A stretch of 45,562 nucleotides of DNA from a virus (lineage: Duplodnaviria > Heunggongvirae > Uroviricota > Caudoviricetes). The translations under genes were made by a program, and so were the position numbers. The DNA lies in IMG/VR virus record IMGVR_UViG_3300029705_000023, positions 1-45,562 of that record. The stretch is one strand, 5' to 3'. A model generated the notes under the pieces. It ran no database searches and had not been told where the DNA came from. It saw only the letters and a list, made by a program, of their open reading frames with translations. Shown in pieces: positions 9,348-18,635 of this stretch; the first letter of the stretch is position 1, and the number at the start of each line of letters is the position of its first letter.

Positions 9348-10685
9348 ATGCCTGAAAATAAAAATCAACAGCCTGTTCTTACCGAAGAAGAACGGAAAAT
9401 TCTGGATCAGAGTTACGCCCTTGCTGCCCTTCGAGGCGCCGCTGCCGGCGGTGTGCTGGGCGGTGCCGCGTTTGGAGGCGCACCGCTGCTCTACGGAATG
9501 GACAGCAACAATCCGAGAGCTGACTTCGAAAAAGACTTTCCAAACACCCTGCGTACCTCCGCGATCACCGGCGGTGTGGAAACGATCCTGGGTGCCGGTA
9601 CAGGTGCCCTGCTGAACTCCGCCGCCCTCGCCCGCCGGAAAAAGAAAATACGTCGGAAAGTAACGGACGACTATTTAGCTATGCTCCCTAAAACTGCTGC
9701 TGCCAGAGATTACATCACCCGCGGACTTGGAGGAGCGGCTATCGGTACGGGTGCAGGGATAGCGGCAAATGCCCTTCTTGGAAAGAAATGGTATGACTGG
9801 AAAATGCTGCTTGGCGGGCTTGGTATGGGAACCGCAGTCGGACTTGGAATAGGCCATCGCAGAGCACAGGAACGTGAAATGTTTGAAAAATCACTAAAAC
9901 ATATGGAAGGGAATATCCAGTGAGGTCCTGACGGGAAGCCTGTTTTAGTGAATGGCCAGAAAAGATTTAAGCCGGGCTGGTATATCTACGCAAGTCCTAT
10001 ACAAGTAACGCAGGGGGTGGATCCGTTTCTTGAAAATAATCTACAGCACTTCTCGCTGATAGGCTACGCAGATGCACCTATCGATAGAACATATGTCTAT
10101 GACGGTAAAACAATTAAAACCAAATCCACCCCACTGAGTAACGGGCAATATGCCATTTCATTTGACACAAGCAACTGGCAGAAGGGTAGATCTGTTAATC
10201 CATTCGGAGATACTCGCATGAAAGGTTATGTAGGGGATGGTATTTATGACCTGCTAGATGACACAATAAAAAATCACACACTCATTTCGGACCAAACTGC
10301 ACAGCGAGGTGTAGATACACTTAACGCAACGTCTGAAGCACATCCGGCTTCTCGAATATACGCGCTCGCAACTTTTAATCCTGCGGACGAAAAGGAGATG
10401 GCACGCTTCAACAAAGGCGTTGACTCTGTTGTTAAACGGTCACTTCGTCATCACGGGTACCTCGGCAACTGGAATATTCTGCCGAGTACAAATGATGCGC
10501 GATCCAGGAATACCTGCGTCTCATGGGTACATTATCTCACTCGTGGGCTGATCGACAGCGGGGCTATTCCTGAGCCCGATTGGAGAAAATTCCCGGCGCG
10601 TATGAGCGGATTTGCGAATGAGGATTTTACAAAGACCCACGACAGATACGAAGATCTATACGGACCATTTCAGCCGGGTTCTTAG
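9348..10685 (+). pseudogene. paralog of 6307-7440 interrupted by an in-frame TGA at 9921-9923 (ORFs 9348-9923 and 9948-10685)
   Basis: ...NIQ*GPDGKPVLVNGQKRFKPG aligns in frame with SIQRDDQGRMVVTERGQRRFKPG of the paralog. Shared PLSNGQYAISF, NxCxSWVHYLTRGLID and IPEPDW. Confidence 0.65.
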
Positions 10686-11872
10686 AAGAAACCCCCTAAA
10701 TAGTCCGTCTGTTCCTCTTTCTGTTCCCTGATATAGTCCGGGTTCTGAAGAGCTTCTTCTTCGGAGACCACAACAGGGACAGAGACAGGTTCCCGTCCGG
10801 TTTCAAGGAACTGGATCGAATAGTTTCCCGGATCCGCGGTGAAGGCTTTGCGCCAGATGCCGCCAGGTCCGGTTTTTGTTATCAATAACACTTCGCCGGA
10901 TTCGTCAAGAAGCCGAACTTCTGCACCAATGATCGGCTCTCCATGCTCGTCAATAAACAGAAGGTTTCCTGCTCCACCGTAGTCCTGATCGATCCGGACA
11001 GCACCACAGCCGACCACAAGCTGTCTGGCATTCGGGATCCTGTAGGCAATGTCAGAATACGGCAGCAGAAGCATATCGACCTGCCGGACCAGCGGAACAC
11101 GATGTATCTGCGCGATCACAGGTGAGGTCCGGACTACGAATCTCTGATCAGTAGAGTGGTCAATAAGAATGTCCCCTTCATTAAGTTCCGGAACACCTGC
11201 CGCGCGGGCCTGGTAACGGTCCTCCGCAGTATTAAAAGTCGCGGCATTGCCGGAATAATGGATCTCTTTCAGCTGAGAAGGACTGATGTCCATGACCTGC
11301 ATGGTAAACGGAGTGCAGTATCCTCCAAGATAGCCTGTTCCGAAACAATACTCGCAGTGTGAGTTGGAAGAGCCTTCCGAAGCATCCGGAGAGCATACCG
11401 GACAGCGCTCTCCGTAACTTTTCTTTTTTAATATCGTTACGGGTACTGCCGTGTAGCCGTAGCGCAGACGTTCTTTGCGGCGGATCTCCCGCGCGATCTG
11501 CCACTCCCGGTCCCGAAGCTGTCCGAAAGTCCCAAAGGCTTTGGAGACATACGTATCCTCTCCGGTCTTCAGGAGGATCCGGTAATACTTATCCAGCCGG
11601 TAGCCGTAAGAAGGCGTTTCTGAGTCGGTAAGAAACGCGGGATCTGTCTCTTCATCCCCGACGTTGGTCCAATCCTCATCGGATGGGTTTGGAGTACGGG
11701 CTGTCTGAAGCTGAAAACGGTAAGGTCCTGGATCTTGCAGCCGAGAGTCCAGCTCCCAATAAACATAAGTAGTCTCTTGAACACTGTTGTAAACGACGAG
11801 ACGGATAAACGGAAATTCCTGCAGCATAGGGCTTAAAAATCGCCAAAAATGAGGCATATAAGGTGATCTCAC
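10682..11872 (-). CDS. putative neck/head-closure protein with Zn-finger insert
   Basis: GERCPVC...HCEYCFGTGYLGGY motif typical of large-phage head-tail joining proteins, plus a C-terminal Ig/prealbumin-like beta region. Start uncertain (possibly 11827). Confidence 0.5.
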   Translation of the reverse strand: MRSPYMPHFWRFLSPMLQEFPFIRLVVYNSVQETTYVYWELDSRLQDPGPYRFQLQTARTPNPSDEDWTNVGDEETDPAFLTDSETPSYGYRLDKYYRILLKTGEDTYVSKAFGTFGQLRDREWQIAREIRRKERLRYGYTAVPVTILKKKSYGERCPVCSPDASEGSSNSHCEYCFGTGYLGGYCTPFTMQVMDISPSQLKEIHYSGNAATFNTAEDRYQARAAGVPELNEGDILIDHSTDQRFVVRTSPVIAQIHRVPLVRQVDMLLLPYSDIAYRIPNARQLVVGCGAVRIDQDYGGAGNLLFIDEHGEPIIGAEVRLLDESGEVLLITKTGPGGIWRKAFTADPGNYSIQFLETGREPVSVPVVVSEEEALQNPDYIREQKEEQTDYLGGFF

Positions 11873-11989
11873 CTATGTGAGCTGTTACCAGTCAAGCGAC
11901 CTCTCGTATGGAGTGGTGGTTTCTGGTCTGTTTTGAGCTATAGTTCATCTCTGACTGTCTTGAGTAAAGGCAGATCCAAAGATGGAAAC

Positions 11990-12018
11990 ATTATAGCACA
12001 AAGGCAGACTTTAGAAAA
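11990..12018 (-). promoter_or_regulatory. sigma70-type extended -10 promoter
   Basis: Minus strand reads TTTCTA-N17-TATAAT with TGn before the -10 (TGCTATAAT). Confidence 0.55.
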
Positions 12019-12144
12019 CCACTGTTTCGTACGGGAGATCGCTTAATCGGTAACGGCTTACGCAGGTTTGAGATCCAGGTTTTAAGAGGGGCAGACCCGG
12101 ATCCCCTTTTACATATTGGAACTTTTTTTTAGAAAGGAGAGTCT

Positions 12145-12741
12145 ATGGCTGTGGAGAAGTTTGGATGTTTTGAGAAGGTCATATGGTGCCCGCCCAGTAA
12201 TGTGGTGTTCCCAGGATTCCACGATCCGGTGTTGAGCGGAGAGAATGCCATCACGTGGTATTCCGAAGCGGAAGGAAAGCAGCTGGGCTTCAAACCCGGC
12301 GCATTTGCAGCTTACGCGGATCAGGTCGCGAAAGCCTACATACGGCAGCTGGACCGGGATGTGATCCAGGGACATCTGTATGAGATGATCCGGAAGCCGG
12401 AGCTAAGAGAGATCTGGTGGGACTACGACGCCCGAGACCAGATTATTGTAGAGCTTGAGCTCAATAAAACAAAGATGATGACGCTTCTGCAAGAACACCG
12501 TGAAGAGTTTGATCGCTTCCTTACCGCAATGAATCCTGAATGGCGCGGTTATCACAATGAGATCTGGGCGGATATAAGGGGCGGGTATCGCGCTGATGAA
12601 CTGTTCTATGATCTCGCGGTCGAATGGGTACTGGAACGCACCGGTTATTTCGATGCTGAAAATGAACGTTCCGAAGCGATGGAAACTTTGGAACAAAGCA
12701 TCATGGACATTATACCTGATTATTTGAAACCGTTCGTTTGA
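12145..12741 (+). CDS. hypothetical protein
   Basis: SD AAGGAG; acidic 198-aa ORF. Confidence 0.65.
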   Translation: MAVEKFGCFEKVIWCPPSNVVFPGFHDPVLSGENAITWYSEAEGKQLGFKPGAFAAYADQVAKAYIRQLDRDVIQGHLYEMIRKPELREIWWDYDARDQIIVELELNKTKMMTLLQEHREEFDRFLTAMNPEWRGYHNEIWADIRGGYRADELFYDLAVEWVLERTGYFDAENERSEAMETLEQSIMDIIPDYLKPFV

Positions 12742-12766
12742 CACGTTTTGAAGAGTCCGGTATACT
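12738..12766 (+). promoter_or_regulatory. consensus sigma70 promoter
   Basis: TTGACA-N17-TATACT. Confidence 0.75.
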
Positions 12767-12796
12767 ACGGTTTTCTTAACCCAAAAGGAGGAATTT

Positions 12797-13090
12797 ATGG
12801 AAAAAACCGTAGAAACACAGGACAAACCGAAAATCAGAGTCGCCATCATTAAAGAGCCGGAAATGTCTCCGCTCGGCATGGGTGTCACCCAGGTCCTGAC
12901 TTTGTATGGAGATCAGAAAACGCTTGAAAACGAACATGACGTTCTCCGCACCGTGCAGGAATGGCTGCTGGTCAACGGCAGACAGCGCTGGTCGGTACAG
13001 AAGATCGGCAGAGTGATACCGCTGGCAGAAGGCGTGGACGATAAGGAACAGTGCCAGACAGAAGTAACGATCCTTGATACCGGATTGTAA
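12797..13090 (+). CDS. hypothetical protein
   Basis: SD AAGGAGG; downstream of the promoter. Confidence 0.65.
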   Translation: MEKTVETQDKPKIRVAIIKEPEMSPLGMGVTQVLTLYGDQKTLENEHDVLRTVQEWLLVNGRQRWSVQKIGRVIPLAEGVDDKEQCQTEVTILDTGL

Positions 13091-13092
13091 AA

Positions 13093-13749
13093 ATGAATAA
13101 AAGTAAACAGCTCGCATTACAAAACAAAGACCTTTCCATGTCCGCACTCGCGGTTATATTAATAGACGAGTACGGGACAGAGGCTCTGAACTGGGATCCG
13201 GAAACTATAAAAATGGAATTGGAGACCGACACACGGATGGAAATACCGGAAGAGGTAATTACCCGTATCGGATGCCTTCAGCAGATCATGACTACCGATT
13301 CCTTTTATCGAAGCCTCCCGGATTTTATCACTTTGTGCAGTATCGCGAGCGGTTCACTGGACAGCACCTCCTTCTGGAAGCCGGCGGACGCTTATGACAT
13401 CACCGCGGTGATGGCGGAAGCGAGACTGCTGAATCCTCCGGAAGGAGATATGCGGGAAATTCTGGATCCTGAAATCATGGCGTATATCGAGATCGCCTTA
13501 AGAGATTTCGGGATCCTTATCCCGCCGGATTGCCTGAAGTTCATTCATACTGACTCACTTGCTGTGAATGATCTGGCAACGATCCAAGAGGATCCCATTT
13601 TATTTTCCGCAGGTTATCAGGAAGCGCAGTCCGCTTCGGATGATCTGTCTATTTTTGAGGACAAGATCCTGCAGAAGATCCGTGCCGAGATCATGGCGCT
13701 GGATCTGGAAACAGGAGACAGTACAGGAGTTTTAAGAAATGAAAAATGA
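13093..13749 (+). CDS. conserved-looking hypothetical phage protein
   Basis: DEYGTEALNWDPETI...DSFYRSLPDFITLC; in operon. Confidence 0.65.
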   Translation: MNKSKQLALQNKDLSMSALAVILIDEYGTEALNWDPETIKMELETDTRMEIPEEVITRIGCLQQIMTTDSFYRSLPDFITLCSIASGSLDSTSFWKPADAYDITAVMAEARLLNPPEGDMREILDPEIMAYIEIALRDFGILIPPDCLKFIHTDSLAVNDLATIQEDPILFSAGYQEAQSASDDLSIFEDKILQKIRAEIMALDLETGDSTGVLRNEK

Positions 13750-13969
13750 AGATCCAGGCACAATGCAGGAAGAAAAGGAATATGAAGTGCTGGTGGTTAT
13801 GGAAGTCTACCGGACTTATCTGGTTCCGGCTCTATCCCACTCAGGCGCCGAGGTGAAGGTCCTGGAAAGGCATCTGGAAGGTGCCGATATTCCAGAGATC
13901 CGACTCCGGGACGAATGGGAAGGGGAGTCAGGATTCAAACTTCTGGCAATAAGAGAAGCACACAGCTGA
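13739..13969 (+). CDS. small hypothetical protein
   Basis: SD AGGAG; overlaps the upstream stop; followed by a terminator. Confidence 0.5.
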   Translation: MKNEDPGTMQEEKEYEVLVVMEVYRTYLVPALSHSGAEVKVLERHLEGADIPEIRLRDEWEGESGFKLLAIREAHS

Positions 13970-13985
13970 CGGCTGTGTTTTTTTA
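13958..13985 (+). terminator. rho-independent terminator
   Basis: ACACAGC-TGACG-GCTGTGT followed by a T-run. Confidence 0.6.
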
Positions 13986-14007
13986 TGGAATGTTTTAGGA
14001 GAGAAAG

Positions 14008-15609
14008 ATGAAACTGGAAGATATTCAAGGAGCCTTCCGCGAGGGAAGACGCCTTCTTTACGGGTCGTATGACTCATTGTCGCACTTCCAGATCAAAGTG
14101 GAAGACAGTCTCCCGCAAGGCTGCTCCATTTTTTACTGGGAGCCGCATCGTTTTAAGGCTCTGCGGTATTGCCGCAGCGGCAGGGCGATCGAGTCCCTGA
14201 AAGCGGAATTCAACAAAGAGCAGGGAGAACACAAAGCCCTGACGGATGTGCTTCATCTGCTCCGAAATTCCGTGACCAGCTTCTACGCGCAGGAAGCGTC
14301 TTCGACAGGGAAAGAGATCCCGCCCAACAGCGTGATCATCCTGCTGGAACCATGCCAGGACGCGGACGATCCGGAATTCCGCGTATTGATGGAAGAGATC
14401 CTGTCCTGCACCGCGTACGCGAATTATGGCGTGCAGATCATCGTCTATTCCAATGACCCGGTAACGGATCCGTTCATTACGCGGCACGGCTACGAGATCC
14501 AGATCCCGCCGCCTAGCGAGAAAGAGATCCAGGCAATGCTGGATGACGCGAGAAAAAGCAAAAAGGTCGCCGGTCGGAAGACATTTCTGCATAACGCGGA
14601 TATGCGGAAAAAGATAGTAAATGCGTTTCGAGGCGCGACGCCGGAAGCGATCGAGGCGGACATCGCGTGGATGACCTATCATCATCTGGAAACGGATGAT
14701 GTCCAGCCGCTTCTGGACCGGATCGATGAGACGCACTCCCGAGCCGTCCAGCAATCCGAGATGCTGTCCTTTCTCGGAAAAACGACGCAAGTCGATCCGG
14801 AGCATATCGGCGGATTTGAGAACTTCCTGAAATATGTCCGGGAAGCGTCGATCAGCTTCACGCCGGAAGCACGGGCTGCCGGATTGCGTCCGGCAAAAGG
14901 CGTGATCATCGGGGGACCTCCCGGAACAGGGAAGTCCTTTACTGCCAAAGCGATGGGACGCATCATGGGAATGAAGGTCATCGTGCTGGACATCTCCGCC
15001 GCGTTCACATCGCTTGTGGGCGAGTCCGAAAAAGCGATCCGGCGGGCGCTGCGGCAGGTGGAGCGTTTCGGATCCTGTATCCTGATGGTTGACGAGGCGG
15101 ACAAAGCCTTCGCCGGACTTCAGGGAAACGTGGGTGACTCCGGCACGACCCGGCGTGTGCTGGGAACGTTCCTGAACTGGATGCAGGAAAAGAAAAGCGA
15201 GACCTATGTAGTCTTCACGCTCAACGATCTCAGCGTCCTTCCGCCGGAATTCATTCGGGCAGGAAGATTTGATAAGATCTTCTATACCAGTCTGCCGGTA
15301 AGGCAGGAACGGCTGGCGATCATCCGAAAGCAGTTTGCCATGGCGGGCGTTCCGGATTTTGAACTGTTTGAGCGGGAATGGGATGAGATCATTGAACTCA
15401 CGGATCTGTATTCCGGCTCCGAGCTGGCTACTCTGGTAGAGGAGAGCCAAAGAAAGGCGTTTCTGAAACGGCAGGTCATCCGTCCAACGTTCCAGGAGCT
15501 GGCGGAAACCGCCAAAACAAGAAAACCGCAGGCTCTGACCGACCCGCGCATTTTGAAGATGTGCGAAGCCTGGCAGGATTTTGCGGTTCCGGTCAGTAAG
15601 TACAAATAA
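14008..15609 (+). CDS. Ycf46/SpoVK-like AAA+ ATPase
   Basis: GPPGTGKS Walker A, ILMVDEADK Walker B, LPPEFIRAGRFD second region of homology, degenerate N-terminal domain. Confidence 0.85.
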   Translation: MKLEDIQGAFREGRRLLYGSYDSLSHFQIKVEDSLPQGCSIFYWEPHRFKALRYCRSGRAIESLKAEFNKEQGEHKALTDVLHLLRNSVTSFYAQEASSTGKEIPPNSVIILLEPCQDADDPEFRVLMEEILSCTAYANYGVQIIVYSNDPVTDPFITRHGYEIQIPPPSEKEIQAMLDDARKSKKVAGRKTFLHNADMRKKIVNAFRGATPEAIEADIAWMTYHHLETDDVQPLLDRIDETHSRAVQQSEMLSFLGKTTQVDPEHIGGFENFLKYVREASISFTPEARAAGLRPAKGVIIGGPPGTGKSFTAKAMGRIMGMKVIVLDISAAFTSLVGESEKAIRRALRQVERFGSCILMVDEADKAFAGLQGNVGDSGTTRRVLGTFLNWMQEKKSETYVVFTLNDLSVLPPEFIRAGRFDKIFYTSLPVRQERLAIIRKQFAMAGVPDFELFEREWDEIIELTDLYSGSELATLVEESQRKAFLKRQVIRPTFQELAETAKTRKPQALTDPRILKMCEAWQDFAVPVSKYK

Positions 15610-15623
15610 GAAAGGAAAATAGC

Positions 15624-15989
15624 ATGTCGCATATCGTATCGACAAAACTGGATTTTAACCGGGAGCATGTTCCGCATCTGCAGAAAGCCGTTCAGGAAGT
15701 TGGCGGAACATGGCAGGACTGGGGCGAAGTCCAGACCTACAGCACCCGTGAGACCGGCTACCGGATCCAGCTCCCCGGTTGGAAATACCCGGTCGTCTTC
15801 GAGGAAGACGGAACCGTTAAATATGATAATTACAACGGAAACTGGGGCGAGCAGGGGAAACTGGACACGCTCCTGCAGCTGTTCACGAATAATGTAATCC
15901 AGCATTCGGCAAAGAAGCTGGGGTACAAAGAAATCAGCCGTAAGGTGAATGAAAAAGGGCAGCTCGTCGTTGAGCTGATCGGACGCTGA
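15624..15989 (+). CDS. DUF1257 (Ycf35-like) protein
   Basis: MSHIVS...LPGWKYPVV...VKYDNYNGNWG; follows a Ycf46-like ATPase. Confidence 0.7.
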   Translation: MSHIVSTKLDFNREHVPHLQKAVQEVGGTWQDWGEVQTYSTRETGYRIQLPGWKYPVVFEEDGTVKYDNYNGNWGEQGKLDTLLQLFTNNVIQHSAKKLGYKEISRKVNEKGQLVVELIGR

Positions 15990-16011
15990 TATTAATAGCA
16001 GGAGAAAATCA

Positions 16012-16203
16012 ATGAAAAAACTGGTCATCACCATTGATAAAGATGGTTCTGCCGTGATGGAGACATCCGGCGAAGTCGGAAAAGTTTGTCTTAAAAAACT
16101 GGAGACGATCGCGAAAGACAGCGGTCAGTCGATCAAGTCAAGACGGGCTAAAAAAGAATTTTATCAGAAAGAAAGCCATGATAATAAAAGCGGTTTACGA
16201 TGA
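16012..16203 (+). CDS. DUF2997-like small protein
   Basis: ITIDKDGSAVMETSG..G..C...EFY pattern; SD AGGAG. Confidence 0.65.
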   Translation: MKKLVITIDKDGSAVMETSGEVGKVCLKKLETIAKDSGQSIKSRRAKKEFYQKESHDNKSGLR

Positions 16204-16444
16204 GGACCTGAATCAGCTCCTCAAGGAGATCGGATCGGTCTCTACCGAGCGGGCAAGCTATGTGGAGACGATCCGAAATCTGCCGAAAGACATCGCGGAT
16301 CAGATCGAAAACAGAGACCCATCCCTTTGGTGGGTCTCTTTTCGTCCGATCCACGACGAAACGCTTCTGGGTCCCTTTGAGACCCGTTCCGAAGCACTGA
16401 AAGCGGAATCTGACTATCTCCGGCAGTGGATGAAAGTCAGCTGA
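16178..16444 (+). CDS. small protein associated with the AAA/DUF1257 cluster
   Basis: WWV...LLGPFETRSEALKAE..YL motif. Confidence 0.55.
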   Translation: MIIKAVYDEDLNQLLKEIGSVSTERASYVETIRNLPKDIADQIENRDPSLWWVSFRPIHDETLLGPFETRSEALKAESDYLRQWMKVS

Positions 16445-17585
16445 AGAATTCCGGAGGAATGACCACCGCCGCAGCTTTTTCCTGATGATCCGGTCTGACA
16501 CCGATACGGTGAAGCTCCTGTGTAAGCTGATCCGCCATAGGTCTCGGCAGGGTCGGAAGGATGGCAGCCGCGGCTTCTTTGTTGAATTCGCGCCCAACGT
16601 AGCATTCGTTAGCCAGGTCGCTTCCGAAGCGCCCCTCGAAGGAATCCCGATCCAGTTTGGAAATGGAGTCCAGCGAGTAGATGCTGCCGTTCTGGAGCTT
16701 CAGATTGCTGGCAGCATACTTTTCCATACTTCGGAGCGTGTGCCGATAGATAACTTCTTCCGGGAGCGGAAGCTCACCGCGGGAACGCATGGCGGAAAGC
16801 CCGGTCCTGTGGTCGAACTCGTCGATAAAGCATGCGGTCTTGTACATGACCGCGCTTCCGATCTCCGGAGGATCCTGCTGAAAGATCTGAGCCATCTGGA
16901 CCAGCGTATTGCTGAGTTCCGGATCCACGGAACGTCCCAGTTCGGCCCGCTTGACCAGCGCCTGCGAAATGCGGTCATTATCGTTGAACCCGAAACCAAT
17001 GATCTGTTCCAGCTTTTCGCGTTCCGGAGCTTCCTCCATTCCAAGCGAAGCCGCCCGTTTGTAAATACGCTGTGCAATACCGCTGCACTGATGGAGCGGC
17101 ATGGCGTTACGGTTCTGCAAGAGCCATTGCGCCGCCTTTCTGACGCCATTCTGGTCGATCATGGCTCCAGCATACTGCTTCTGTCCGTCGGATTCCAGTT
17201 CCACGGCATACCAGTCACTCGGTATCGCTGCGGAAGCAGAAGCCTGCTTGACCGTCTGCGTGCGTTCCGCAACCAGATCCTGAATTTCGTTCTCGATCCC
17301 AAAAAATTTGGCGAACTTCTCGATTCGGTTCCCAACGTAGGTTCGGTAATGCTGCGGAAGTTTTTCGTAGTCTTCAGCAAGGAAGGCTGCAGAAAGCCAT
17401 GTCGCTGCCTTGGTATGGCAGGGATACGTTAAATTGACCGGATCGGCACAGACCCGGTAAAGTTCCTCTGGAGTGCCCTCCGGACGTAAGTCCCGCTGGT
17501 TGGCACTTTTCACAAAAGGAGGTACATTATATGTCTGCTTAATTTTATGAAATTCAGTCCCGAGAGGGTCTCGAAAGGTGGTCAT
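16437..17585 (-). CDS. hypothetical head-associated protein rich in K-x-A motifs
   Basis: ADPVNLTYPCHTKAATWLSA; VKSA, VKQA, RKAA, YKRA, YKTA, EKYA, NKEA, EKAA. Confidence 0.65.
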   Translation of the reverse strand: MTTFRDPLGTEFHKIKQTYNVPPFVKSANQRDLRPEGTPEELYRVCADPVNLTYPCHTKAATWLSAAFLAEDYEKLPQHYRTYVGNRIEKFAKFFGIENEIQDLVAERTQTVKQASASAAIPSDWYAVELESDGQKQYAGAMIDQNGVRKAAQWLLQNRNAMPLHQCSGIAQRIYKRAASLGMEEAPEREKLEQIIGFGFNDNDRISQALVKRAELGRSVDPELSNTLVQMAQIFQQDPPEIGSAVMYKTACFIDEFDHRTGLSAMRSRGELPLPEEVIYRHTLRSMEKYAASNLKLQNGSIYSLDSISKLDRDSFEGRFGSDLANECYVGREFNKEAAAAILPTLPRPMADQLTQELHRIGVRPDHQEKAAAVVIPPEFFS

Positions 17586-17588
17586 GAT

Positions 17589-18635
17589 ATGAACCTCAAA
17601 TTAATTTGTCCGAAATGCGGCTGTGATCTGAAAATTAACGATTTTTCGCTGACCGCGACCAGCTGGGGGATCTGCCCGCAATGTCAGTACGCTGATTTTA
17701 TTATAGCGGCGGAGCTGGAAACCTACAACCTCTCCGTGAATTCTGCGGTTCGTCAGATGGAACGCGGAAATGAAACGCTTCCGGTGGAAGTCAGTCTGCG
17801 GACCCTGTACTCGATTCAGGCGGCGATGACTGCACGGCGCCGTATCGGTAAGCTGGGCGGCTGGACGAATCAGCAGTTTGAAGAGATAAGCTGTCGGCTG
17901 TGCGGACCGGGGCTCGTATCCGTAAAGACTCCGCCCTTCCTGTGTATCGACACGCGATTCCGGGAAGCCATGAAGCCGTACATGTTCCCGGCATCCCGAA
18001 GGGACCCGGAACCGAAGATCATCGCGGGACTGAATATTCCGCTGTTTCAGGAACAAAATCAGTATGTCGGGCATTGTACCCTGATCAAGCCGTATCCGGA
18101 TGCCTGTTCGGGATTCTCATGGAAAACGTATATGCACGAATTCTATGAGGACCGCGAGCGGGCATTCCTGAGTTACCGGCCTGCACCGGTCACTGAAGAT
18201 GCGGAATTACTGATCGTGGACAATTTCACAGCCTACATTCAGATCGTGAAATGGTTCGACACAACGTTGAGAGAGCCGTCCGAGGCTTTCCCAGGTAACG
18301 TTGTCCCAGTCCTGCTGCTGGGTAAGAAGCAGGAAGCCCTAACTTTTTTGAAAGACCATGTCTGGCGTCCGTTCAGGATCACGGTGGTCAGTCCGTTTCG
18401 AGATATTTCCAGCCACATCTGGGAAGAGATGCAGGCAGATTCGTTCCTGGACTGCCCGAAGCTCCGGGTCGCTGCGGACATTCCCGCCGCAACCGCCTGT
18501 ATGCACCGGTGTAGAAGCCGGGAACGATTTGAAGATTTGATTTTAGAAAAGTTTTTTGAATTGAATGGAGAAAAGTATGATCACTCCAGGAGAAAAAGAA
18601 GCTCTGAGCCGTATTACGACCGTGCTGAATCATGA
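17589..18635 (+). CDS. hypothetical protein with N-terminal Zn ribbon
   Basis: CPKC...CPQC; possibly a degenerate primase-like architecture. Confidence 0.55.
   Translation: MNLKLICPKCGCDLKINDFSLTATSWGICPQCQYADFIIAAELETYNLSVNSAVRQMERGNETLPVEVSLRTLYSIQAAMTARRRIGKLGGWTNQQFEEISCRLCGPGLVSVKTPPFLCIDTRFREAMKPYMFPASRRDPEPKIIAGLNIPLFQEQNQYVGHCTLIKPYPDACSGFSWKTYMHEFYEDRERAFLSYRPAPVTEDAELLIVDNFTAYIQIVKWFDTTLREPSEAFPGNVVPVLLLGKKQEALTFLKDHVWRPFRITVVSPFRDISSHIWEEMQADSFLDCPKLRVAADIPAATACMHRCRSRERFEDLILEKFFELNGEKYDHSRRKRSSEPYYDRAES

Noticed and set aside
9921-9923. Genome-wide TGA or TAG recoding
   Set aside because: TGA, TAG and TAA all end genes cleanly, often with overlaps into the next start. Only one internal TGA was found and there is no clear suppressor tRNA.
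13157-13164. TATTAATA core (also partial matches near 30268 and 35407)
   Set aside because: Flanks deviate by 3 or more bases from the 12-bp palindrome, so they were not counted.
14074-15645. Long antisense ORFs (also 1948-2940, 16485-17432, 19324-20868, 25069-26058, 28240-29724, 31670-33361, 43012-44118)
   Set aside because: They shadow well-supported genes, lack SD sites and motifs, and are expected from the codon bias.
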